NCBI GenBank assembly: GCA_039000985.1 | Contig: JAWBMD010000005.1 | Span: 1-55,520, forward strand | Length of the DNA: 55,520 bases | Direction: 5' to 3' | DNA from: Candidatus Aenigmatarchaeota archaeon | GTDB lineage: Archaea; Aenigmatarchaeota; Aenigmatarchaeia; CG10238-14; SpSt-28 | In this document: one piece after another, positions 28,363-36,920 of the stretch | Layout of the letters: every line of letters begins with the position of its first letter | Position numbering within the stretch: position 1 is the first letter of the stretch | Made by a program: the position numbers and the translations under genes | Notes under the pieces: generated by a model | Database searches by the model: none | Told to the model about the DNA's origin: nothing | Seen by the model: the letters and a program-made list of their open reading frames with translations, nothing else

Positions 28363-28583
28363 AAAACTTCATTAAAAAGAAAACAATTAGAAAATTAATA
28401 AAACAAATGGGTGTGAAAAGAATATCAGATGATGCCATTGAAAAAATTATTAATTATTTGAAAGAGAAAAGCAAATTAATAGTAAAAGATTGCTTAGAAT
28501 ATTCGAAATTTTATAAAAGAAACACATTATTAAAAAAAGATATAGAATTATGGATAAAGAAGAAATCATTAAAAAGATTTTAG
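28359..28583 (+). CDS. Archaeal histone-fold protein
   Basis: 74 aa. IRKLIKQMGVKRISDDAIEKIINYLKEKSKLIVKDCLEYSKFYKRNTLLKKDIELW aligns with the HMf-type pattern (...RVSDDA...GRKTIKAEDIELA). Confidence 0.75.
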   Translation: MKNFIKKKTIRKLIKQMGVKRISDDAIEKIINYLKEKSKLIVKDCLEYSKFYKRNTLLKKDIELWIKKKSLKRF

Positions 28584-29443
28584 AAAGAACAAACTATGAT
28601 ATAAAAGAAATAGAAAAAAAAGTAGAGGAAAAGAAAAAGTTGTTTAAAGACTTCATATCAGAAAAGGGTATTTATATGTTAATAGCTAGAGAACTTGGTA
28701 TTGATGTAACAAAAGATTTTGTAAAATTGGGAAGCATTGTTAATGGAATGAAAAACATTTCAGTAATAGGAAGAATTTTTAAAATATCCGAAATAAAAGA
28801 ATTCAAAAATGGAAAAGTAGCTAATGTTTTTATAGGAGATAAAACTGGTTATGCAAAGCTTACATTATGGAATGATCAATGTGATATTTTAAATAAAATT
28901 AATGTTGGTGATATAATTGAAATAAACAAGGTTTATGTAAAAGAAAATATTTTTGGAGATTTAGAAATAGCTCTTGGTAGATTTAGTAGTATAAAAATTT
29001 TGGAAAAAGGTGATTTGCCATCATTAGAAGAATTACAAAAACAATACTTATCAAAAAATTATAAAAAGTGTAAAATAAATGAAATAACTTCAGTTGGTAA
29101 TTATGAAATTGAAGGTACTGTTGTAAAAGTAATTGAAAGTAAAAAATTCCTTTATAATTTTTGCGAAATTTGTAATACAATAAATTGTGAACAACATTTA
29201 AATTCTAGTATAGCATTAATTTTTTCTGTTATAGTAGATGATGGTTATGGAAATATTAGATCTGTTTTCTTTAGAGAACAAAGCAAAAAAATTTTAGATA
29301 TAGAAAATCTATTAGAAGAAAATGCTTTTATAGAAATAAGTAAAAGAATATTAGGAAAAGATTTGCTATTAAAAGGAAGAGTTAAAAAAAATATTATTAG
29401 AGATAGTCTTGAGATGATTGTACATTATTGTGAATTTTTATAA
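28550..29443 (+). CDS. Replication protein A-like ssDNA-binding protein (OB folds + Zn finger)
   Basis: ISVIGRIFKISEIKEFKNGKVANVFIGDKTGYAKLTLWNDQ is an OB fold. CEICNTINCEQH is Zn-finger-like. A second OB-like segment follows. Confidence 0.7.
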   Translation: MDKEEIIKKILERTNYDIKEIEKKVEEKKKLFKDFISEKGIYMLIARELGIDVTKDFVKLGSIVNGMKNISVIGRIFKISEIKEFKNGKVANVFIGDKTGYAKLTLWNDQCDILNKINVGDIIEINKVYVKENIFGDLEIALGRFSSIKILEKGDLPSLEELQKQYLSKNYKKCKINEITSVGNYEIEGTVVKVIESKKFLYNFCEICNTINCEQHLNSSIALIFSVIVDDGYGNIRSVFFREQSKKILDIENLLEENAFIEISKRILGKDLLLKGRVKKNIIRDSLEMIVHYCEFL

Positions 29444-29476
29444 AAGTTTATTAGTAAGTATTTTTCATTACCAAAC

Positions 29477-29512
29477 AAAAAATTAACATTAATAAAAAAA
29501 TTAACATTAATA
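29477..29512. repeat. Perfect 18-nt tandem duplication aaaaaattaacattaata x2
   Basis: Read directly: 29477-29494 is identical to 29495-29512. It lies in a convergent intergenic region. Confidence 0.9.
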
Positions 29513-29692
29513 AAATATATAACATTGTTATATTTTTATTTTGATTTGTTAAATTATAAAATAAAACAACTATAACTATATCTATACCTAACTAATAATT
29601 TGATATTCTCTCTATTTTAAATAGAATTTTTGTTAGTAAAAATTTTCTTTTCAATAACATAAATATTCCATATATTCACAAAAATTTTCTAA

Positions 29693-30085
29693 CTATTTTT
29701 GTTTATTTTCTAAATATTCTTCAATTATTTTCTTAACTTCATCTTTTGTAACAAAACTTGTTTTTAATGGATTCCATATATCAATATAGGTTTTAAGCTC
29801 TTCAACCTCATGCTTATATGCGAAATTTTTGATGTCTTTTTCTAGGCTTGAGGTTTTTTCTCCAATCAAATTAATAGCTTCTCCAAATACTTTCAAAGTT
29901 TCTTCAATTTTTTTTATTTGATCTTCAATTTTTTTTATTTCCTCTTTTAATTTTTCTTTAGATTCTTTTGTTTCGCTTTCGCTTCTTGCTAGTTTATCCT
30001 CTATTCCAATTATTCTTATATTTATTTCATTCAATCTTTTAACAATTTCCGAAATTACTATGTTAATATCTACTTTTTCTGGCAT
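29693..30085 (-). CDS. Coiled-coil protein of unknown function
   Basis: 130 aa with K/E-rich heptad-like repeats. No recognised family. Confidence 0.5.
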   Translation of the reverse strand: MPEKVDINIVISEIVKRLNEINIRIIGIEDKLARSESETKESKEKLKEEIKKIEDQIKKIEETLKVFGEAINLIGEKTSSLEKDIKNFAYKHEVEELKTYIDIWNPLKTSFVTKDEVKKIIEEYLENKQK

Positions 30086-30091
30086 TGTTTT

Positions 30092-30368
30092 GAACGGGAA
30101 GAACGCTTTTGCTCGATAGTGTATAGTTACAAGCTTTTCTGTTGAGCATCCTTTGCTATGTTATCTCATAAGCATAGATGATACAACTTACTCTTGCTAC
30201 CTTCCGGTCCTGGGAGATTCGTTGTATCATCTATCCTATGAGGCACAGCTTCATTGTTATCTCAACAGGGCTTGTAAGTATACACTACCTTACAAAAGCT
30301 TTCGAGTCGGCCATTATGGACCATTTGCCGATATAGGTGAGGCCCAGCCACCCAGCTCTATCTTCCCT
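30092..30368 (-). ncRNA. Signal recognition particle RNA (archaeal 7S)
   Basis: The minus strand reads GGGAAGAUAGAGCUGGGUGGCUGGG.... It contains CCCAGGACCGGAAGGUAGCAAG, matching the conserved helix-8 motif (CAGGUCCGGAAGGAAGCAGC in E. coli 4.5S). Long helix-5 complementarity is visible: GAUAGAUGAUACAAC/GUUGUAUCAUCUAU, CUGUUGAG/CUCAACAG and GGUAGUGUAUA/UAUACACUAUC. The 5' GGGAAGA pairs with the 3' UCUUCCC. Confidence 0.8.
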
Positions 30369-30412
30369 TTATTCACAAATTTTATTTATTTTTTTTATCT
30401 AAATTAATTTTT

Positions 30413-30970
30413 ATGAGTAATAAAGAATATAAAGTTAGTATTGAAAACATAGTATCCTCTATAAAGTTTCAGGAAAAAATACCATTAGATGAGTTGATAA
30501 ATTATAGCGAAAATATAGAGTATGAACCTGAGCAATTTCCAGGAGCTGTTTATAGAATAGAAAATATGCCTGTTACATCTTTAATTTTCAGTTCTGGAAA
30601 AGTAATATTAACAGGAGCAGAAAATACAGAAATGATAAATCAAGCTGTAGAAAAGGTAAAAAAGCTTTTAGAGAAAGCTGGTGTAAAAACTAGAAATATG
30701 GAGGAATTAAAAATAGAAAATATAGTAGCATCAACCAAATTTCCATATAGAATAAATTTGGATGTTTTGGCTTATAATTTGGAAACTACAGAATATGAGC
30801 CTGAGCAATTTCCAGGATTAATTTATAGGGATAAAGAATATAATTTGGTTTTACTTGTCTTTAACTCTGGAAAAGTAATATGTACTGGTGGAAAAAATGT
30901 AAAGGAAGTTAGAGAAGTTATAGATAAATTTTATAAAATTGTAAAAAAAGTTAAGGCTTTTGTAGAATGA
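30413..30970 (+). CDS. tbp: TATA-box binding protein
   Basis: Two direct repeats, each with IENIVSS/IENIVAS ... EYEPEQFPG ... SGKVILTGA/SGKVICTGG. Confidence 0.95.
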   Translation: MSNKEYKVSIENIVSSIKFQEKIPLDELINYSENIEYEPEQFPGAVYRIENMPVTSLIFSSGKVILTGAENTEMINQAVEKVKKLLEKAGVKTRNMEELKIENIVASTKFPYRINLDVLAYNLETTEYEPEQFPGLIYRDKEYNLVLLVFNSGKVICTGGKNVKEVREVIDKFYKIVKKVKAFVE

Positions 30971-31104
30971 TAACTGTATGTAGTAGTTGCAAAAGGAGTA
31001 GCAGAGTTGTTGGAAGATTAATGAAAGTTAGTTTAAAATCAGGTACTGTATATCTATGTAAATATTGCAAGAGAGATATAAAGCTTGGAAAAAAGAAGAT
31101 ATGA
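30967..31104 (+). CDS. 45-aa zinc-ribbon miniprotein (not in ORF track)
   Basis: MITVCSSCKRSSRVVGRLMKVSLKSGTVYLCKYCKRDIKLGKKKI has CxxC...CxxC. It makes ATGA overlaps with the TBP stop (30967-30970) and with the DUF211 start (31101-31104). Confidence 0.5.
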   Translation: MITVCSSCKRSSRVVGRLMKVSLKSGTVYLCKYCKRDIKLGKKKI

Positions 31105-31352
31105 TTAAAAAGATTGTTTTGGATGTTTTAAAACCACAAACACCAACAATAGTAGAGTTTGCACAAGCTATTTTAAAAGTGAAAGGAGTAAAAGGTTTTG
31201 AAGTAACACATGTAGAATTGGATAGAGATGTAGAAAAAATAAAAATGATTGTAACAGGAAATAACTTAAACTTTTCTAAAATAAAAAAAGTAATAGAAGA
31301 GTCTGGTGGTGTAATCCATTCAATAGATGGAATACTTGCAGAAAAAGATTAG
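31101..31352 (+). CDS. DUF211-family archaeal protein
   Basis: MIKKIVLDVLKPQTPTIVEFAQAILKVKGVKGFEVTHVELDRDVEKIKMIVTGNNLNFSKIKKVIEESGGVIHSIDGI matches my recollection of DUF211. The track's TTG start at 31065 is less likely. Confidence 0.7.
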   Translation: MIKKIVLDVLKPQTPTIVEFAQAILKVKGVKGFEVTHVELDRDVEKIKMIVTGNNLNFSKIKKVIEESGGVIHSIDGILAEKD

Positions 31353-31908
31353 AAGAATTTTAGAAATTTATGGTTTACATAGCATAGCAAGAAGGTATTT
31401 TATAATAAACTCATTTGATGGCATAATATTAGTACTTTCAATTTTTCTAATTTTTTTTATTTCTGGATATTTTTCAAGAATATTAATAATAAAAACAGTT
31501 TTGGCAGCATCTTTTGGAGCTTCTCTTTCAGGCTTTATAGGTGCTTACTTTTCTGAAATTAGCGAGAGAAAGCATTATAGAAAAAAATATGAAAAACTTT
31601 TGTTAAGAAGCTTGAAAGGAAGTATAATACAAAAATATGAAAAATATGCTGCTATTTTAATGGGTTTGATTGAAGGATTATCTCCAATGATATTTGCTAT
31701 ATTTGCATTATTACCCATTTTTTTAATTCCCGATATAATTTTATCCATACTTTTTGGTATGTTGATTTGTATTTTTGAAATTATTTTTTTAGGTTATTTT
31801 CTTAGCAATATAGCTGGAGAAAGAAAAATAGAGACAATTTTAAAGCTTCTTTTTATTTCAATTGTTTTAACTTTTGTAATAGTTTTTTTAGATATCTTTA
31901 TTAAGTAA
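31327..31908 (+). CDS. Membrane protein, VIT1/CCC1-like (tentative)
   Basis: RRYFIINSFDGIILVLSIF and GAYFSEISERK resemble VIT-family motifs. Roughly 5 TM segments. The start is uncertain because it overlaps DUF211 by 26 nt. Confidence 0.45.
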   Translation: MEYLQKKIRRILEIYGLHSIARRYFIINSFDGIILVLSIFLIFFISGYFSRILIIKTVLAASFGASLSGFIGAYFSEISERKHYRKKYEKLLLRSLKGSIIQKYEKYAAILMGLIEGLSPMIFAIFALLPIFLIPDIILSILFGMLICIFEIIFLGYFLSNIAGERKIETILKLLFISIVLTFVIVFLDIFIK

Positions 31909-31923
31909 ATAGCAAATTTATTT

Positions 31924-32373
31924 ATGGAAGAATATGATATAGAAACTGCTAAAAGAGTTATTAGTTTATTAAAAAATAATCCAAGAGGTTTGGATATTTC
32001 TGAGATTTCTCGTGAGCTTAAAATAAGTAGAAATACAGCTATTAAAGTTCTTGAAAGATTATTAATTGAAAAAAGAGTAGATTATGTTTCAAAAGGGCCT
32101 GCAAAAATATTTTTTCTTCTTGGAGAGTCTAAGTTTGTTGGTAGAATAGATTTGAGTGATACAGAAAAAATATGGATAGATGTCATTTATCCTTTGGATG
32201 AAAAATATGGTGAAAAATTAATAAGGCTAAATCAAACTAAGCTTGATTATCTTTCAAGATCTTCTTCAAAATTTAGATCCGTTGGAGCAATTCTAATAGA
32301 TAAAAAAAATATAGTAAATATAATTAGATTGCTTAGAGATATAGCAAAAGATGAGTTTGGTTTAGAGATTTAG
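31924..32373 (+). CDS. Winged-helix transcriptional regulator
   Basis: LDISEISRELKISRNTAIKVLERLLIEKRVDYVSKGPAKIFFL. Confidence 0.6.
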   Translation: MEEYDIETAKRVISLLKNNPRGLDISEISRELKISRNTAIKVLERLLIEKRVDYVSKGPAKIFFLLGESKFVGRIDLSDTEKIWIDVIYPLDEKYGEKLIRLNQTKLDYLSRSSSKFRSVGAILIDKKNIVNIIRLLRDIAKDEFGLEI

Positions 32374-32374
32374 T

Positions 32375-32665
32375 ATGGTAAAAATTTGCCCAAAATGTAA
32401 TTTTGAGAATTCCAATGAAGCTAGATTTTGTAGGTTTTGTGCATGGCCAATAATAGATGAACCTATAATAGAAAAGGAGAAAAAGGCAGAGGAAATCGAG
32501 CAATACAGTCAACCTACCGAAAAGCAAGAGTATTTAGAGGAAGAACAAAAGATGCCTGTTAAAAAACCATATTTTTCTAAATCTACAATAGCTTTAATTG
32601 TTATAATATCTATTGAAATTTTTATAATAGTTTATCTTATAAAAACTAAACTAATTTTTATATAG
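32375..32665 (+). CDS. Zinc-ribbon protein with C-terminal TM anchor
   Basis: CPKCNFENSNEARFCRFC, then an acidic linker, then the TM helix IALIVIISIEIFIIVYLI. Confidence 0.55.
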   Translation: MVKICPKCNFENSNEARFCRFCAWPIIDEPIIEKEKKAEEIEQYSQPTEKQEYLEEEQKMPVKKPYFSKSTIALIVIISIEIFIIVYLIKTKLIFI

Positions 32666-32750
32666 TTTACATTTTAGTTTATATTTGTTTAATATTTTTT
32701 ATAAAACAATATAAAATGATTATACAAAAAATTTTTAGAAAATAAATATT

Positions 32751-35057
32751 GTGAAAGAAAATAAATTAGCTGAGATCTTATTCGACAGTGATGAAGTAGT
32801 AAAAGTAGAGGGTACTATCGATTTATCTAAATATAGATTTAGAAGAAAAAAGTTAAGCATTGATGAAATGCTAAATTTACTAAAAGAACATCCAAGTTTA
32901 GGGTTTAATGCTTATCAAAGATTGTATGCTGCTGTAAAAATGTTTGGAAGAATAGGAGATAGATGGAGAATATTAGATTATCCAATTATTAATCCTTATG
33001 TAGATAAAACAGAAGTAGGAGCATTATACGGAATAGAAAAAGAGTTTAATTCAATTGTTAATTACCTTAAAGGAGCTAGTGAAGGAAGACATGAAAAAAG
33101 AAAATTACTTGCATTATTTGGTGATGTAGGTTCAGGAAAAACCAATACAGTTAATTTGTTATCAGAAGCTTTATCCGCATATGGTACATTTCCAGAAGGA
33201 GAAGTATACACAGTTGTTTTTGATTTAAATGGATTTCTAAAATCTATAAAAGATGATAGTTTAAGAGATAATATAGGAAAGTTTATAAATGAAAAAATTC
33301 CGGGGGATGTTAGAGTGATAGAATGTCCTGCACATGAAAACCCTGTTTCCACTCTATTAGCTCTTAGCGAGGAAAGAATTATAGATGAAAATGTTAACGA
33401 AATTTTACAAGAAATAAATTCAAATGAAAAATACCAATGGAGAAAACTTGATGTCCCCTGTGCACCGTGTCCGCACTGTTCATTCGTTTTGGAATTATTT
33501 GGTGAAATATTAGATAAAAATAGAGATAAAATTGAAATTAAAGAAGCTATAAGGAGGTCAATATACTTTATTAATTTAAGAACACATGGAGTAAATCCAG
33601 AAGTGACAACAGTAGAATTTAGAATTCCTGATAAGAGATCTGAAGTAAGAACGATAGCATTTGAAGGTAGTTTTAGCTTGGAGAGAGTAGGAAAACTAGG
33701 TAGTAAAGAACATCCATTAGTTATAAACTTAGGTTTAGCCGGTGAAATTGATAAACCTTCATGTCAAAGAGGTTTACTTCATTTAACAGAGCTTTTAAAA
33801 TCTGATGAAGATATGATAAAACAATTATTAGATTTTGTAGAAACTCATAGGATTCGTATTGGTAGCAGGAATTTATCTGCATACTTAGATGCCGTGATGA
33901 TTTCTACTAGTAATCTCGACGAACTTATGAAAATAAGAGAAAGAGTTACTAAGACAATAGAAGACAGAATGTATAAAGTGGTTTACCCACATCCGGTTAT
34001 AATCGATGATGTTGAAAAGGCATTAAAAGGAAGAATATTTGCTGGAGAGACCTATCATATACCTCCACATTTTCTTAGGTTATTATCAATAATTTTTGTT
34101 TTATCTACACTAGAAGAACCTACAGAAATTAAAATAGGAAGCAAATCAGTAAAAATGAGTTTAATAGAAAAAGCACTTCTTTATAATGGAGAAGTACCAG
34201 CAGGAATGGAAGGAGATGCAGCTATTTTGGTACAGGAGTTAAGGAGAGTAGCTGAAAACAAAGATATTCGTGAAAGAAAAGAAGGTTTAATTGGAATTTC
34301 TATGCGATTAATGCAAGATTTAGCTTCTTATTTAAGAGGAGAAATAGAAAAAATAGTGAGAAAAAATAGTGAGAAAGGATATAAACCTTGTATAGCTATA
34401 TTGGAAAACGAATATTCAGATGGTATAAAAGGTTTTTTAGCTGATTTTTTTAATACAAACCTAGGAAAAGAGGAAGATAGAGAAACAAGAAGTAAAATAA
34501 TTCAGAATATATTACCTGTTGTTTTTGAACCAAATGAAAAGTATGGTTTATATTTACCACACCTTGCTAGTGATGTTAGAAGGGCAATTGTTGGAGATGA
34601 GAAAATTATTGAAGTAGCTATTACATATATTTCAATGATTATGGCGTCGGTGAAGAGAGATTCAGTTTTCGTGCATCCGATTCGCGGCACTCAACATGTT
34701 GTAGATGAAAAATTTATGGAAAGTATAGAAAAATACATGGGCGTATCATCTTCTTACAGGGAAAATTTTGTTGCAAAATTTAATTATCAGTTGAAGGCAA
34801 TAAAGAAATTGTATGGAACTGAAAAAGAGGCCATATTAAATTTTATTAAAGACTTTTTAGAAGAAGAAAAGAATTTTAGGAAAGCTATAGAGGAATATAC
34901 AGTTAGACAATATATTTCTGAGATAGCAAGGGATATTTCATCTGTTTATAATCCAAGAAATGAAGAATTAGTAGCAAAGTTAGTTAAAGAGCTTGGATAT
35001 TGTAATGAGTGTGCACAATATGCTATTAACATAGCAAGTAAGTTGAGACCAAAGTGA
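32751..35057 (+). CDS. prkA: PrkA/YeaG-family P-loop protein (putative serine protein kinase)
   Basis: 768 aa with a GTG start. YGIEKEFNSIVNYLKGASEGRHEKRKLLALFGDVGSGKTN parallels the YeaG N-terminal/Walker A region as I recall it. Confidence 0.8.
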   Translation: MKENKLAEILFDSDEVVKVEGTIDLSKYRFRRKKLSIDEMLNLLKEHPSLGFNAYQRLYAAVKMFGRIGDRWRILDYPIINPYVDKTEVGALYGIEKEFNSIVNYLKGASEGRHEKRKLLALFGDVGSGKTNTVNLLSEALSAYGTFPEGEVYTVVFDLNGFLKSIKDDSLRDNIGKFINEKIPGDVRVIECPAHENPVSTLLALSEERIIDENVNEILQEINSNEKYQWRKLDVPCAPCPHCSFVLELFGEILDKNRDKIEIKEAIRRSIYFINLRTHGVNPEVTTVEFRIPDKRSEVRTIAFEGSFSLERVGKLGSKEHPLVINLGLAGEIDKPSCQRGLLHLTELLKSDEDMIKQLLDFVETHRIRIGSRNLSAYLDAVMISTSNLDELMKIRERVTKTIEDRMYKVVYPHPVIIDDVEKALKGRIFAGETYHIPPHFLRLLSIIFVLSTLEEPTEIKIGSKSVKMSLIEKALLYNGEVPAGMEGDAAILVQELRRVAENKDIRERKEGLIGISMRLMQDLASYLRGEIEKIVRKNSEKGYKPCIAILENEYSDGIKGFLADFFNTNLGKEEDRETRSKIIQNILPVVFEPNEKYGLYLPHLASDVRRAIVGDEKIIEVAITYISMIMASVKRDSVFVHPIRGTQHVVDEKFMESIEKYMGVSSSYRENFVAKFNYQLKAIKKLYGTEKEAILNFIKDFLEEEKNFRKAIEEYTVRQYISEIARDISSVYNPRNEELVAKLVKELGYCNECAQYAINIASKLRPK

Positions 35058-35063
35058 AGAATA

Positions 35064-36920
35064 ATGCTGGAATTCCAGAAAATTCTTTCATTAAGGGAAT
35101 TTTACAACCATGTAAAAGAAGGTAAATATTCCTATTTAAATGTTTATGAAAGATTATACAGAAAATTATCTGAAGATTCAATTGGAGTATATCCTGGTAT
35201 AAAATTTTATAAAAATTTTTATAAAAATAGCACTATAAAAGGTTTACCAGAAGTTATAAATAAACTAGTAGATGCATTATTTATAGGCGATACTCTTTTT
35301 AAAAGTAGAGGAAAACTATCAATTCTATATCTTTATGGGCCAACCGGTTCTGGTAAAACATTAATTGGTAAAGCACTTGATAATATTTTTTATCATGATT
35401 TAGAAGAAAACCCGTGTATGAAAGTTGTTAAAATTATGAAAAAAGAAGATAATACTATAACAAGCATAGAGCCTGTATGTATTTATGGCGAATATCCATT
35501 AGCTGTTTTCACTTCAGATACACTAAACTTAACAAGTGATATAAAAAGTGAAATTACTAAAGAAACAAATTTTAATTATAAAATGAAGGCATGTGATAAT
35601 TGTATTAATGAAGTTAATAATTCGATCGTCGGAGAAATATACAAGTTACAACGTGATATAGAATTTCTCACAACAACTACTTTTAAACAAAAAATAAGTT
35701 CTAACACTTTATTAAAAATGCTAGATTCACTTTATGTAGTAGAGTATAAGCCTCAAAATTTAAGTATAGATTTCTCTAATGAAAAAATGCTTGAAATGAT
35801 CGAAGGTATAGTAAAAAAGAGTAATCGTGGTATACTACATATAAATGCAGATAATGTAAAAAATTTCAAGGATCAAAATGTTCAATTTCTTTTAAGAATT
35901 GCTGATGGACAAGTAACATTTGAAAACGCCTCGTCTGTTAGTTTAGATATGTTACCAATTTTATATTCTAATGAAGCTTTTTTCGAGTGGATAAAGGGTA
36001 ATACTGTGCTATATTCTAGAGTAATACCAATACCTGTCAGAAGATTATTGTCATATAGTTTAGAATCTGAAGTTCTAAAAAGCTTTATATTACCATTTTC
36101 TCATATTTCACCAAATTCATTGGAATTGTATTCGATGTTTATAATAGCTACTAGAATACAAGGTAGTTATTCCAATGAGATTGAGAATCTTTTAAGATTA
36201 TACGAAAAGTACGAAAATTATAGAGTATTGACAGAAGAGGAATTTAAAAAGATAAAAGAGAGATTAATGGGCGAAGTATTAAAAGATGGATGGGCACAAG
36301 GTTTAACATCAGAGGAAGCTGTTAAGTATCTTTATTCTTTGACTAGTGAAGATAGAACAAAGTGCTTAACACTAAGTACCATAAATAGTTTAACGAATAG
36401 TATAGTTTCAGAAAGAGGATATAAAATTCAAGCAGATATTATAAACAAAAAAATTGTTGAACATGCTTTAAAGGATATTATTATTGCTACAATGCTTGCT
36501 ATTGAAGATAAATTTCTAGAAAGCTTAGAAATGGAATTCGAGGAATATAAAAAATTGCACTATATGAAATATGCAAAAGGAGAAACATTTGTTAGAAAAG
36601 CTGGTGAGCTAATTAGTATAGATAGCGAAATGGAGAATATTCTCAAAAGACTTCTATTAGTTGATAAAAATAAAATTGATAATATTTTGACAACGGAAGG
36701 CGGAGCGGTAACTTTCTATTCTCTATTAAAAGAAAATCCCCAATTAATTGGGGCAGATGAAAGGATTAAAAAATATATTGACTGGAAAAATTTCGAACAT
36801 CTTGTTGGTGAAGGTATTGAAAGAAAAGAAAAAATAATAAACAAAATGATTACATTAGGTTATTGTAGAGAATGTACTATTTCTGCAATTAAAATAGCTT
36901 TGGAGAAATTGATAACATGA
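35064..36920 (+). CDS. Divergent second PrkA-like P-loop protein
   Basis: 618 aa. KLSILYLYGPTGSGKTLIGKAL lies in the same relative context as in the first paralog. Its C-terminal LGYCRECTISAIKIALEKL resembles LGYCNECAQYAINIASKL of the upstream gene. Confidence 0.65.
   Translation: MLEFQKILSLREFYNHVKEGKYSYLNVYERLYRKLSEDSIGVYPGIKFYKNFYKNSTIKGLPEVINKLVDALFIGDTLFKSRGKLSILYLYGPTGSGKTLIGKALDNIFYHDLEENPCMKVVKIMKKEDNTITSIEPVCIYGEYPLAVFTSDTLNLTSDIKSEITKETNFNYKMKACDNCINEVNNSIVGEIYKLQRDIEFLTTTTFKQKISSNTLLKMLDSLYVVEYKPQNLSIDFSNEKMLEMIEGIVKKSNRGILHINADNVKNFKDQNVQFLLRIADGQVTFENASSVSLDMLPILYSNEAFFEWIKGNTVLYSRVIPIPVRRLLSYSLESEVLKSFILPFSHISPNSLELYSMFIIATRIQGSYSNEIENLLRLYEKYENYRVLTEEEFKKIKERLMGEVLKDGWAQGLTSEEAVKYLYSLTSEDRTKCLTLSTINSLTNSIVSERGYKIQADIINKKIVEHALKDIIIATMLAIEDKFLESLEMEFEEYKKLHYMKYAKGETFVRKAGELISIDSEMENILKRLLLVDKNKIDNILTTEGGAVTFYSLLKENPQLIGADERIKKYIDWKNFEHLVGEGIERKEKIINKMITLGYCRECTISAIKIALEKLIT

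Noticed and set aside
29444-29692. AT-rich spacer with tandem repeat as a possible replication origin
   Set aside because: There is no Orc1/Cdc6 gene nearby and no inverted ORB-like elements. I saw only a single 18-nt duplication.
30153-30407. 84-aa plus-strand ORF from the track
   Set aside because: It lies entirely over the SRP RNA gene on the opposite strand. Its openness is explained by the locally high GC of a structured RNA.
31065-31100. TTG-initiated N-terminal extension of the DUF211 ORF (MQERYKAWKKED...)
   Set aside because: The conserved DUF211 sequence begins at MIKKIVLDVLKP (31101). The upstream stretch is better explained by the Zn-ribbon ORF in another frame.
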